The notes beneath the pieces were generated by a model, which did not search any database, was not told the origin of the DNA, and worked only from the letters and a program-made list of their open reading frames with translations. A stretch of DNA of 64,000 nt, from NCBI GenBank assembly GCA_964589825.1, contig CAZPUS010000011.1, positions 18,628-82,627 of the forward strand. The letters run 5' to 3'. The stretch's first letter is position 1. Each line of letters opens with the position of its first letter. Made by a program: the position numbers and the translations under genes. The DNA comes from an uncultured Fibrobacterota bacterium (GTDB taxonomy: Bacteria > Fibrobacterota > Chitinivibrionia > Chitinivibrionales > WJKA01). This document shows positions 36,750 to 45,987 of this stretch, piece after piece.

Positions 36750-36912
36750 CCTAAATTGAGTGATTTTGTTTGCGCAATTTACTGCAATCCGCACTACTCT
36801 TAATTTTCTCCAAAAGCATGAGACAACCAGCACACTTGCTCCATGGTTTTCGAGAACACAATAGCAGCACTGCTCACCGCAGCTTTCATCAATACAACCT
36901 CTCAATTTAGGC
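36750..36912 (+). mobile_element. TIR element copy J (inserted into the 3' end of a glycosyltransferase gene)
   Basis: CCTAAATTGAGTGATTTTGTTTGCGCAATTTACTGCAATCCGCAC...CTCACCGCAGCTTTCATCAATACAACCTCTCAATTTAGGC. It is flanked by a perfect direct repeat TGGA (36746-36749 and 36913-36916). The right TIR supplies the last codons and the stop of gene 36902..38059. Confidence 0.85.
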
Positions 36913-38059
36913 TGGATGTAATATCCCGGTACAGTTTTTCAAGCTGGATGCGGGCATTGAAATAATTACGTATCCTTTGGTATGCACGCGCCCCATCTTT
37001 GCGGATATATTCGGGATGAGCGGCATAGCGGCACAGCGCATCCGCAAAGCGCTGCGTGTCACCGTATGGCACCAGGATACCGGTTTGCGCGTGCTCGATG
37101 ATTTCGGTTACTCCCCCCGAATCAAACGCAATGGAAGGCAGCGCGCAGGCGCCGGCTTCCGCCACCACACGGCCGAACGGTTCGTTGCGTGACGCAATGC
37201 AGAACACATCATGGGAGCGCAGCGTGGCAGTTACTTCACTGGTAAACGGTTGGAGTATACAGCAATTCCCCAGTCCGTGTCTTTCAATTTGTTGTTGCAG
37301 CATTTGTCGGTATTGCTGTGGCCAATATGCCGTGTCGCCCACAATGGAGAGTGTGATACCGGTAGCCTCTGCGCATCGTGAATATGCGTCGGCGAATGCA
37401 TCGATAAGCAGATGGCAGCCCTTCCAGGGTACCACGCGGCCCAGATAAATAAACCTGACCGTGTTGTCGTTGCGCCGTTGTGGTGTGGTGGGCTCAGGCA
37501 GGTGTACGCCGTTGTATATTACCCGTGCATGATTCTGAAGCGGCGGTGCCAGGTTTTTTTTTACGTGCGTACTTATTGCGATAAGGTGACACCGCTCTCT
37601 ACGGGGGAACAAAAGCTCGTAAAGCCGTCTTACCCGCTGTCCGGGCTCGAAAAGCTCCCGCATATGAATAAAATACGTCGGTTTTTTGAGAACGCGGGCC
37701 GTGCACATAACGAGTATATGCGCTTTGGGCACGTTTGCATGAATGATATCAGGATGCAGACGTTGCATAGTCCTGCCCGCTGCGATGCAATAGCGAAAAT
37801 ACGAAAAAAGTGCAAAGAGACGCACCGGGTGCGTCAAAACCAAACCGTCTCTGCGCAGCCCTTCGATACTGCGGCTGCAGGGGATCACATGGCACTCGAT
37901 CCCAAGTTCGTGAGCCTGTTGTGTCAGCGCGCCTTTTTCGGACGTGATCAGATGAAGCCGGTGATTACCGGTTTCGGCAAAGTATCGAAGAATATCCAGC
38001 AGAGATTTTTCGGCTCCTCCGATTCGTCGTGCCCAGTGATTGACGAACACGAAAGTCAT
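36902..38059 (-). CDS. Glycosyltransferase, GT4 (GT-B fold)
   Basis: GT4 features are present (N-terminal GGAEKSLLDIL; C-terminal E-x7-E region PFGRVVAEAGACALPSIAFDSGGVTEII). I prefer the start at 38059 (MTFVFVNHW...), which makes an ATGA overlap with the upstream gene. The tracked start is 38074. Confidence 0.8.
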   Translation of the reverse strand: MTFVFVNHWARRIGGAEKSLLDILRYFAETGNHRLHLITSEKGALTQQAHELGIECHVIPCSRSIEGLRRDGLVLTHPVRLFALFSYFRYCIAAGRTMQRLHPDIIHANVPKAHILVMCTARVLKKPTYFIHMRELFEPGQRVRRLYELLFPRRERCHLIAISTHVKKNLAPPLQNHARVIYNGVHLPEPTTPQRRNDNTVRFIYLGRVVPWKGCHLLIDAFADAYSRCAEATGITLSIVGDTAYWPQQYRQMLQQQIERHGLGNCCILQPFTSEVTATLRSHDVFCIASRNEPFGRVVAEAGACALPSIAFDSGGVTEIIEHAQTGILVPYGDTQRFADALCRYAAHPEYIRKDGARAYQRIRNYFNARIQLEKLYRDITSSLN

Positions 38060-39162
38060 GCCGCGGTACTCCATAAAAAACGATTCAGAACACGCTCATA
38101 GCCGCATTTGACAAGTCGTGTGTACAATTCGCTGTCATGGTAGAGCCTTTGCAAATGTGCGGCACATTCTTCGCTGTTTCCGGCCGGAAAAACAAGCCCG
38201 CACTCGCCAACTGCATCGGGAAGACCACCGGCATTGCTTGCGATCACCGCCCTGCCGTGTGCCATGGCTTCAAGCGCGGTAATGCCGAAGCCTTCTGTTT
38301 CGTGTGAAGTCTCGATCGATGGGACCACACACACATGGGCCTGACGGTAAAGCTCTTCTTTTTCCTGTTCGTCTACCGACGTCTCGAGTGTAATACGCTC
38401 TCTGAAGCCGCTTTTTTCTATACGCTCGCGAAGCGGCTTTTCCAAGGGCCCCTCTCCGGCCAGAATCAGCCGCCATGGGATATCAAAGCGGCATAATTCG
38501 CAGGCCCTGATGAGGATGTTCTGCCCCTTTACTTTTACCAACCGGCCCAGGCAGAGAATAATATATGGATCGAATGCCATCGATTCGGATTGTATGCGTC
38601 CCGGATCCAGATCTCTGCGTTTTGTGAGTACTGCGGGGGGTATATCGAGACGGGGAGGAACGTGTCGTGTCGCCGTGTCTATCCCGAGCCGAAAGATTAG
38701 GGACTCGGTGTATGATCCGAGTACATAGATAAGCGAAGCCCGTTGCATTGCCCGACGAAGCAGGGCGGGGTATATACCCCATCGCCCTGCATGCAGCAGT
38801 TCGGTACCGTAGGTGTACACACGATACGATACAGGCATAAAAAAGGAACAGATGAATGGTATCAGAGCTGCATAGATATTTCCGCATTCCGTGACAGGCT
38901 GGGCATGCCGATGCCGGCGAATACAACGCATATACACACGCAAAAGAGAGGGAAGCGACAATTTTTTGTTAACTCCGGACGCAAAGTTGGAAACGAACCT
39001 TATCCGCGCCGAGTATGAACCCGGTTTTGCCGGGGGCGGTGTATATGCACAGCCGACAAGGACGATGTCATCGCTTTCATAGCGGTATTTTACTATATCC
39101 TTCAGATATGTCTGAATGCCACCTCGTTGTGGAGGGAAATCGAGTGTGAGAAGAATTTTCAT
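38056..39162 (-). CDS. Glycosyltransferase, GT4
   Basis: 368-aa ORF with a GT4 C-terminal motif (EGFGITALEAMAHGRAVIASNAGGLPDAV). Confidence 0.8.
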   Translation of the reverse strand: MKILLTLDFPPQRGGIQTYLKDIVKYRYESDDIVLVGCAYTPPPAKPGSYSARIRFVSNFASGVNKKLSLPSLLRVYMRCIRRHRHAQPVTECGNIYAALIPFICSFFMPVSYRVYTYGTELLHAGRWGIYPALLRRAMQRASLIYVLGSYTESLIFRLGIDTATRHVPPRLDIPPAVLTKRRDLDPGRIQSESMAFDPYIILCLGRLVKVKGQNILIRACELCRFDIPWRLILAGEGPLEKPLRERIEKSGFRERITLETSVDEQEKEELYRQAHVCVVPSIETSHETEGFGITALEAMAHGRAVIASNAGGLPDAVGECGLVFPAGNSEECAAHLQRLYHDSELYTRLVKCGYERVLNRFLWSTAA

Positions 39163-40668
39163 TCACCCATTCTCCCGTGAATTATCACTTAATTCAACAC
39201 CGTACGGTAGTGCGCCGGTTCGCTGATCGAGTGCATACCGCATAAGTACACCGTTAAAAAACCAGAAATAGAACGTGCCGGGAAAGTAGTGGATGTGCGT
39301 TCCGGTAATGCTTATCACAAAAAAGACGATATTCATCACGGCAATACCTTTTATCAGACTGCGGGAAAAAGAAGGTGTGAGCAGATGCGGCAGCTTAAGT
39401 CCGTAATAAATAAATGCGGCAAATATCGCGATAATGCCGAATGCACCGGGATAGCCGAATTCTGCCAGATAGGTAAAATAGAGCGAGTCGGTTTTCAGTG
39501 TTCCCAGGCCGCGGCCCAATATTGCATTTACCGGCGTTACCGAAAACCTGAGCATCTGATGCCATAGTTCCAATCGGGAAAGAAAGGAGTGTTCCTGAAA
39601 CGGATTGAGTATGGCGGAGCTTCTTTGTGCAACGAGTGAATTAATGTGGGCCTGGTTGAGTACTTGTTGACTCAGTACAGGGTCGCCGAGTAACCCCCCG
39701 GCGCTGTCCCCTGCGGTAAAACCCATAATTACGTTATAGCCGGCATAGAGAAGGGCTATAAGACAAATAATCAGGATCTTTCGGGGAAGGTTTTTCATGT
39801 TGACGATAAAGATCCATAGCAGCATACTTCCGATAAGTCCGATCCAGTTGGATCGTACCGAAGTGATAAGAATGCCGTAGGCCATGAGGGGGAAGCACAA
39901 CAGGAGAAGAGCTCGTATATTCTTTCGGGTCGCAGTTGTCCATAAGATACACGATCCGATGAGTGAAAGCTGTGCATAATCCGCAAGTACTACAGGTGCC
40001 TTGAAAAACGAAAAGGGGCGGATGATGTCTTCTACAAAAAGTGTCGAAAAATCGATGGTTGATAGCCAGATGTTTTCCGCTTCACTGTATCCTATGTACA
40101 GTTGTTTCATACCGTAAGCAACGGCAAGAGCCCCGATTATTACGGTAAGGCGCCACAGCCATTTCAGATGGATATGGTGGTAGGCGTACACCATCCCGAT
40201 GAAAAAGAAGAATACGGGCGGTCCGTAGAACTTGAATTTCATTATCGAGACAGATACGGAGCTTATATTAAAAGCGAATACCCGAAAAAGCATGTAGCCT
40301 GCATAGAACAGCATAAGACCGAGGCATAATCTGTACCCGGTTCCCTTTTGCCAGTAATTTTTGAAATGAAAAAAGAGTGCAGCAAGCATAAGGACCAGAA
40401 ACGATTCCTCGAAAACAAGAAGCGGATCATTGGTTGGGCGTGCATATACAAGGTAATACAGGCGCCTGATATGCCCGACAAACGGCATTCCGATAACCAG
40501 TATATACATGCCGATAACCGGACGCTGAAATATGGGCCAGGCGGCCAGCAGCACGAGTGCGCCCATAAACTGTGTACGCGTAGGGATATGAATGAGGTGA
40601 TACGCGATGAAATTGGCGGCTGCGATTATTCCGGCATATAGGAGAAATCGAATCAAAGCGTTTTTCAT
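39163..40668 (-). CDS. O-antigen ligase / Wzy-like polysaccharide polymerase family membrane protein
   Basis: 501-aa ORF with at least 10 hydrophobic helices and a large loop region typical of the Wzy_C/O-antigen-ligase family. It is embedded among glycosyltransferase genes. Confidence 0.65.
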   Translation of the reverse strand: MKNALIRFLLYAGIIAAANFIAYHLIHIPTRTQFMGALVLLAAWPIFQRPVIGMYILVIGMPFVGHIRRLYYLVYARPTNDPLLVFEESFLVLMLAALFFHFKNYWQKGTGYRLCLGLMLFYAGYMLFRVFAFNISSVSVSIMKFKFYGPPVFFFFIGMVYAYHHIHLKWLWRLTVIIGALAVAYGMKQLYIGYSEAENIWLSTIDFSTLFVEDIIRPFSFFKAPVVLADYAQLSLIGSCILWTTATRKNIRALLLLCFPLMAYGILITSVRSNWIGLIGSMLLWIFIVNMKNLPRKILIICLIALLYAGYNVIMGFTAGDSAGGLLGDPVLSQQVLNQAHINSLVAQRSSAILNPFQEHSFLSRLELWHQMLRFSVTPVNAILGRGLGTLKTDSLYFTYLAEFGYPGAFGIIAIFAAFIYYGLKLPHLLTPSFSRSLIKGIAVMNIVFFVISITGTHIHYFPGTFYFWFFNGVLMRYALDQRTGALPYGVELSDNSRENG

Positions 40669-41675
40669 GTATGACTACTCCTGCACATCCGTTTACGGGT
40701 ATTTTCTGCACGTTGCAGTTGTCGGTAGACCATTTCGTAGGCGTGAGCCGTGCGGGATATATCATATTGCGATACGGTCTCTGCTCCTGCAGCGGTCAGT
40801 CGTTGTCTCAGTGATGGCTGTGAAAGACAGTCGGTCAGCATACGCGAGAACTCTTCGACAGTGGTGGAAAGCAGTGCATTATGGTCGTGCGTGCAAAGCG
40901 CATCGATGCCCTGGTTGCGAAGTGCCACAACGGCAGTGTTGCTTGCCATCGCTTCGAGAACCGGTACCCCGAAGCCTTCCCAGGAGCTTGTCATACAATA
41001 TATCCACGATTCGTTCCAGATGTAAAGAAGGTGCGTCCGATTTACGTGTCCCCGGTACACCACATTGGGTGCATCGACCGCTTCCGGGCCGATTACGGTC
41101 AGGATGGCATCCGGGTGATGGGGCAGTATATGCTGCTGAAACAGATCGAGCAAAATATGGCCCTGTTTTCTGCTGTTGAGATCACCGAGAAACAGCAGAG
41201 AGGGATGCGGGGATTTTGACGCATGCGCTTCTTTAAATAGCGTTAAGGGAATTCCACAGGGTATTATATGCGATATCCCCGGTATAGGTCGGGCGCTTTT
41301 GTGGGATATACCGATATTTTTTCTGCGTAAAAGCGAGGACCATATTTCAAAAAGAAAAAACAAACCCTGGTAAAGAGCTCTTTGATAAGAGTGTGCAAAA
41401 AGTGCTTCGTAAAACGCGGAGCCGTAAAAAGTGCGTACCGAATGTGCGTATGAGAAACAGAAATAATCGTCTCCGTGAAAGTGTACAATATCGTAGGAAT
41501 CGGTCGCAATGCGCCGAAATACCAATGCAGGAAGAAACTTGGCAAAGAGCGGGGAGCCGCTGCCTTTGGCCTGGAACCGCACATGATTGTAAAGTGCATT
41601 ACCGGGACGCGGAGAAAAGGAGTAACACGTCACCACATGGCCTCGCTGCACAAGGGCATTGGCGAGCCAGTGCAC
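40665..41675 (-). CDS. Glycosyltransferase, GT4 (the true start is probably upstream; see findings)
   Basis: 336-aa tracked ORF with a GTG start and a GT4 C-terminal motif (SSWEGFGVPVLEAMASNTAVVALRNQG). The frame stays open upstream to 41759 and encodes the missing conserved N-terminus (IRIAFFSKQLPSDAPCGVSVQV-HWLANALVQRGH). Confidence 0.75.
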   Translation of the reverse strand: MHWLANALVQRGHVVTCYSFSPRPGNALYNHVRFQAKGSGSPLFAKFLPALVFRRIATDSYDIVHFHGDDYFCFSYAHSVRTFYGSAFYEALFAHSYQRALYQGLFFLFEIWSSLLRRKNIGISHKSARPIPGISHIIPCGIPLTLFKEAHASKSPHPSLLFLGDLNSRKQGHILLDLFQQHILPHHPDAILTVIGPEAVDAPNVVYRGHVNRTHLLYIWNESWIYCMTSSWEGFGVPVLEAMASNTAVVALRNQGIDALCTHDHNALLSTTVEEFSRMLTDCLSQPSLRQRLTAAGAETVSQYDISRTAHAYEMVYRQLQRAENTRKRMCRSSHT

Positions 41676-41877
41676 CTGTACGGAAACGCCACAGGGAGCA
41701 TCAGAAGGGAGTTGTTTGCTGAAAAATGCGATACGGATATCTGTTTTCCTCGTAACTATTTAAAAAAAGGATGAGATAACATTTGCAGTTGTTGTGCCAT
41801 ACACCTTTGTGTGCTATTGCATATAAAATCGGTAATCGCAATCCTGAACCCGGTTTGAAACCGGGCAGAATAGACCT

Positions 41878-42834
41878 TTAAAATATAACTATTTTCCGAA
41901 ATTTTATACTCCCGTATGCCAATGCAGCAAAAAGGAGAACTGGAGATACCAGATACGAAAGCCACTCTCGCCAGAAGCGTGATGTAGCGATGCAAAATGT
42001 GCCGGTACGCGATCTCGTGCACACGGTGATGTATGCGGCATCGGCTGCACACGCCACGACAGATAGGGCCGGGGACGAGATACTGATACCGGCGGCAATT
42101 ACATGTACCGCAGCAAGCAGCGCGATACTCGGTGGTATGGGTGAGCCGCGGTAGCGTCGATATCGTTGCGGGTGTTTTTTCATCAGTAAAGGATCGAACC
42201 GCCTGCGAAGGCAGTTTTTAAGGAGTTCCCACTTGTCATCCCTGAAGCGGTGTGCAACACGCATTGTCTCGCAAAAACCGATAGTGCCACCCGCGTCAAT
42301 TAGCCTGAGTGCAAGATCGATATCTTCGTGCTGAAAACGAAACCGTTCGTCGAACCCGCCGATATCACGCAACCACGTGCTTCGGTATACCATGTTGTTG
42401 GTTCGATACCCGCGCGATTCGAGCCGGGTATAGGCTTTGTAGTGTCCGCTGCAGTGAGTGGTTCCGTCAATGGACGTTTTCCCTTCCGCCCCGCACCAGT
42501 GTGGATGCAGCTGCATACAGTCAAGGCATTGCGGTGCCCAGTCCGGGGCTACCTGACAATCGTCATCCACGAAGGCGCAAAGGTTCGCATGTGCAGCCTC
42601 TATCCCTGCGTTTCGTTTTGCGGGGATAGAGGGAGAGGGCAGGTAGTGCCATTGAATATTGGGATAGTCATTGTACAACTCACGACTGTGGTAATCGGCT
42701 ACTACAATGCACTGACACCGGGATTTACCGCCCTGTACGGCCTTAAAACTCGTAAGGAGCGAATCGAGGCATGTGCGGATATAGCCGGGGCGGTGAGAGG
42801 CTACTATCACACTGAGAAGGTAGTTATCGCTCAT
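41878..42834 (-). CDS. Glycosyltransferase, GT2, with C-terminal transmembrane segments
   Basis: 318-aa ORF with a GT2 N-terminus (LSVIVASHRPGYI; the DxD-like FVDDDC) and two or three hydrophobic helices at the C-terminus. Confidence 0.75.
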   Translation of the reverse strand: MSDNYLLSVIVASHRPGYIRTCLDSLLTSFKAVQGGKSRCQCIVVADYHSRELYNDYPNIQWHYLPSPSIPAKRNAGIEAAHANLCAFVDDDCQVAPDWAPQCLDCMQLHPHWCGAEGKTSIDGTTHCSGHYKAYTRLESRGYRTNNMVYRSTWLRDIGGFDERFRFQHEDIDLALRLIDAGGTIGFCETMRVAHRFRDDKWELLKNCLRRRFDPLLMKKHPQRYRRYRGSPIPPSIALLAAVHVIAAGISISSPALSVVACAADAAYITVCTRSRTGTFCIATSRFWREWLSYLVSPVLLFAALAYGSIKFRKIVIF

Positions 42835-44938
42835 GAGGTGTATTCCCGAAGCAATATGGTTTATTCGGTTTATTATCCACAGTCAAGGTCGAAAGTGCGT
42901 GTTCCATTCGTGCGACCTGTCTGGACCACCGGTGCCGTTGTGCACTGTGCGCGGCGTGTGTGCCGATATGCTGGTATTCCCGGGCATGAGCGTATATTGA
43001 AGAGATAAACTTACTGTCGCATGTCACATCGTTTCCGTGAAGCAGAAACCCGTTGCAGCCATGACGTATGAACTCCCTGTGTGCACGTATGGGGCTTGCA
43101 AATACCATGCAGCCGTGTGTCATCGCTTCGAGCAGAGCAAGACTGTGTCCCCCTTCATAGCGTGATGCGGAAATCACGAAGGGGCAGTACGAATACCATT
43201 GCGACATCGAGTCCATTGATTCGTGTGCTATGGTGTAAACCGTTAACTTCGGGTGTGAGGTCAGGTTCGAAATGAGTGTTACACCGCGAGTGCCGACCCC
43301 TACGAGGTATAACGAAATGCGGGTGTCTGATCTTTGAGCCCATTCATTGCATATCGAATGCACATAGTCGATATTTTTTCGTTGTGAGTATTGCCCGACC
43401 GCAAGTACACGAAGCGGGACGTCACGACCAAAGCGGTGCACCGGTGTAACGGGTGTCACTCCGGTGGGTACATAGCGCAGTTTGTGTGCCTGTTGCGGAT
43501 AGTGGTATGTGAGCCAGCGCATGTCGGCCACTGTTTCACACACGCACAGATGGGCGGTGTGCAGATGCAGCCGAAGCAGTGGAAAACGAAGCAGCCTCGA
43601 TTTCCATGCCCCGGCATGCAGCAGGTTTTGAACCCGGGATACAGCTGCAACCTCTTCCCAGCCGTGATTGTGAAGAAGGCAGCGAGTCTGCAGCCGAAGC
43701 AGTCGTATCAAACATGCACACACGACACCGTCGGTCGATCTTGCGATAATCACATCCGGAACACGGGGACTGAGCAGCGCTGCCAGAAACCGTATCCCGC
43801 ACGTAAGGGCAAACACAAAATCATGGTGACCGCCTTTGTTGTAAATGTTTCGGGTTATATACCCCCGCATGGCCAGCCCTTTCATCTGTTGGTGCATGAC
43901 CCGGTGCACTCCCCCTTGTGACCCGGGAGGAATGGAAGCGAGATACCAGACACGTCTGATGTGGCGCAACTGCGTCGGAATACGCGATGCAAAACAGAGA
44001 GAAAGCAAATATTTCGGCAGCAGACACAATGCGGCGACCTGTTCGGTACACGCGGCGATACAGAGAGCGGCGGTATGCAGCGGATGTTTTACAAGCTGCG
44101 AGAGGCTTCTTCTTCGAAGCTGCGTAATACCGCTTTTTGCGATAAGAGCCATATGGGTCCGCAATGCGGTTGAATAATGGCGAATGCGGCGGTAGCCGGT
44201 CGGGTGAAGCCGGTAGATGTGGTACTCCGACGACAGAATTGAGTCGATTCTGGCAACAGAGTCACGAATATAGCGCAAAATCGCAACGTCTCGTGATCTG
44301 TGGCACACATGCAACAGAGGACGGAACACAATCGAGCCTCCGGCGAGCATTCGCAGGGCGAGTTCCTGATCCTCACCCGAGGGCTTTCGTGCATTAAACG
44401 AGGTATCGAACAATCCGCACTCCTTCAGCCTCTCTTTTCTGTAAACGATATTACAGCTCAGAAATGCACCGCCGGAGTGGACCTGGACCTCTCGATCCCA
44501 GATGCCGTCTCCCTGGGCCGAAACAGCTCCTTCGATACCCACCACCGACAGATTCGTATTCAGCGACGTTGTGTATTCGTGTACTCTGTCAAGCCATCGC
44601 GGCAGCAAAATGATGTCGTCATCGAGAAACGCGCACCATTGCCCGCGGCATGTGCGAATACCCGTGTTGCGGGCGGCAGCCGCTCCCCGTGGTATTGTGT
44701 GACGGATATATCGTATTCCGAATCTCGCGCATAACGACGCAATGTAACTCGAAGTTGCACGATGAGAATGATCATCGACCACGATTATTTCGGTATCCTG
44801 CGCAGAGGACATCTCCTGGCGGTAAAGCGCGTTCAGCAGGCAGGTAATAGATTCGGGGCGGTCTCTGGTCGGGACGATTACAGAGACGGGGAACCGATTC
44901 GCATGCATTGAATCAGGTGACGATACGTGTTGAGGCAT
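42824..44938 (-). CDS. Bifunctional glycosyltransferase (N-terminal GT2 fused to C-terminal GT4)
   Basis: 704-aa ORF. The N-terminal half has GT2 motifs (VSVIVPTRDRPES; IIVVDDHS; FLDDDI). The C-terminal half has GT4 motifs (SRYEGGHSLALLEAMTHGCMVFASP). An alternative Met start at 44908 would shorten the overlap with the upstream gene. Confidence 0.75.
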   Translation of the reverse strand: MPQHVSSPDSMHANRFPVSVIVPTRDRPESITCLLNALYRQEMSSAQDTEIIVVDDHSHRATSSYIASLCARFGIRYIRHTIPRGAAAARNTGIRTCRGQWCAFLDDDIILLPRWLDRVHEYTTSLNTNLSVVGIEGAVSAQGDGIWDREVQVHSGGAFLSCNIVYRKERLKECGLFDTSFNARKPSGEDQELALRMLAGGSIVFRPLLHVCHRSRDVAILRYIRDSVARIDSILSSEYHIYRLHPTGYRRIRHYSTALRTHMALIAKSGITQLRRRSLSQLVKHPLHTAALCIAACTEQVAALCLLPKYLLSLCFASRIPTQLRHIRRVWYLASIPPGSQGGVHRVMHQQMKGLAMRGYITRNIYNKGGHHDFVFALTCGIRFLAALLSPRVPDVIIARSTDGVVCACLIRLLRLQTRCLLHNHGWEEVAAVSRVQNLLHAGAWKSRLLRFPLLRLHLHTAHLCVCETVADMRWLTYHYPQQAHKLRYVPTGVTPVTPVHRFGRDVPLRVLAVGQYSQRKNIDYVHSICNEWAQRSDTRISLYLVGVGTRGVTLISNLTSHPKLTVYTIAHESMDSMSQWYSYCPFVISASRYEGGHSLALLEAMTHGCMVFASPIRAHREFIRHGCNGFLLHGNDVTCDSKFISSIYAHAREYQHIGTHAAHSAQRHRWSRQVARMEHALSTLTVDNKPNKPYCFGNTPHER

Positions 44939-45987
44939 GTAGTCGGACTGCTCCTGCTGATGTGTTCGAAATGACGGATTCCTTCGAGAGCCTTACGAGA
45001 CCAGTAGCTGGTATGTACGGCACAATCCTTAATTCCATCCGAAATAGAAGCTAAGGATGAGGGGTTGACAAAACGGGCACAATCACCGCATGTTTCCCGC
45101 AGCGGGGGTATATCAGAAACCACAGCCGGACATCCCTGCTGCATTGCTTCCAGGGGCGGCAGCCCGAGGCCTTCATGCAGTGAGCAGAAAAGCAGACCGC
45201 TGCACTGCTGAAGATGTGCAGTGTAGTGCTCCATGGTATCGTATTCGATATTAACGCCGGTGGGCATCGATGCGTACGTCTTGATATCGTCGTTTATCGA
45301 ATCGCCTAGGATGCAGAGAGAGTAGTCGGGGTACGACTCGGCGAAATGCTGAAATGCACGCACTACGCTCGCGGTGTTTTTGTTAGGACCACCCGCCAGC
45401 GTGATAAAATATTTTTTTCTCGCAGTATCGGGGGATGAAGCGGCATGCACCGAAAGGGGAGGGTAAAGAAGTTGTGTACGATTGTGTACCCGGGGAAAGC
45501 GCTTTTCTACCTGTTGCTGCGTATGCCCGGATACACAAAATATTCGGTCGAATGTAGAAAGTATGTGCGTCTGTACACGCCAGTAAAGGCTGCGGCGTAC
45601 TGCCTCGGTATGCGGGATATAGGGCCAGTTTTCTACACCGAGATCGTGTACCGTGGCGCATACACGGCAGGGATGAATGAATCCTGATCCCATTCTAAAA
45701 ATCGGACCGAGGCTTACCCAGTAATGGAGTACATCGATGCGGTAGCGAAGGATGAGCCACGGTATTATGATACCGTCGACTTTCCAGTCGCCGCGTGAAC
45801 AATACGGAATATAGTGAATACGATCATCGGCCAGCAACGGGGCAATGCGTCGTGAATCTCCCCACACGAAAAGGGTGAAATCGCGTGGGAGTTTACACAG
45901 GGCGCGGCAGAGCTGCCGCGCATAAGTGCCCACACCGCGTATGCCGTAACGATGCGAAAAAAGTCGTAAATCCCACAGCACTCTCAT
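44878..45987 (-). CDS. Glycosyltransferase, GT4
   Basis: It carries a GT4 C-terminal motif (SLHEGLGLPPLEAMQQGCPAVVSDIPPLRE). The start at 45987 (MRVLWDL...) forms an ATGA overlap with the upstream gene. The tracked start is 45996. Confidence 0.8.
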   Translation of the reverse strand: MRVLWDLRLFSHRYGIRGVGTYARQLCRALCKLPRDFTLFVWGDSRRIAPLLADDRIHYIPYCSRGDWKVDGIIIPWLILRYRIDVLHYWVSLGPIFRMGSGFIHPCRVCATVHDLGVENWPYIPHTEAVRRSLYWRVQTHILSTFDRIFCVSGHTQQQVEKRFPRVHNRTQLLYPPLSVHAASSPDTARKKYFITLAGGPNKNTASVVRAFQHFAESYPDYSLCILGDSINDDIKTYASMPTGVNIEYDTMEHYTAHLQQCSGLLFCSLHEGLGLPPLEAMQQGCPAVVSDIPPLRETCGDCARFVNPSSLASISDGIKDCAVHTSYWSRKALEGIRHFEHISRSSPTTCLNTYRHLIQCMRIGSPSL

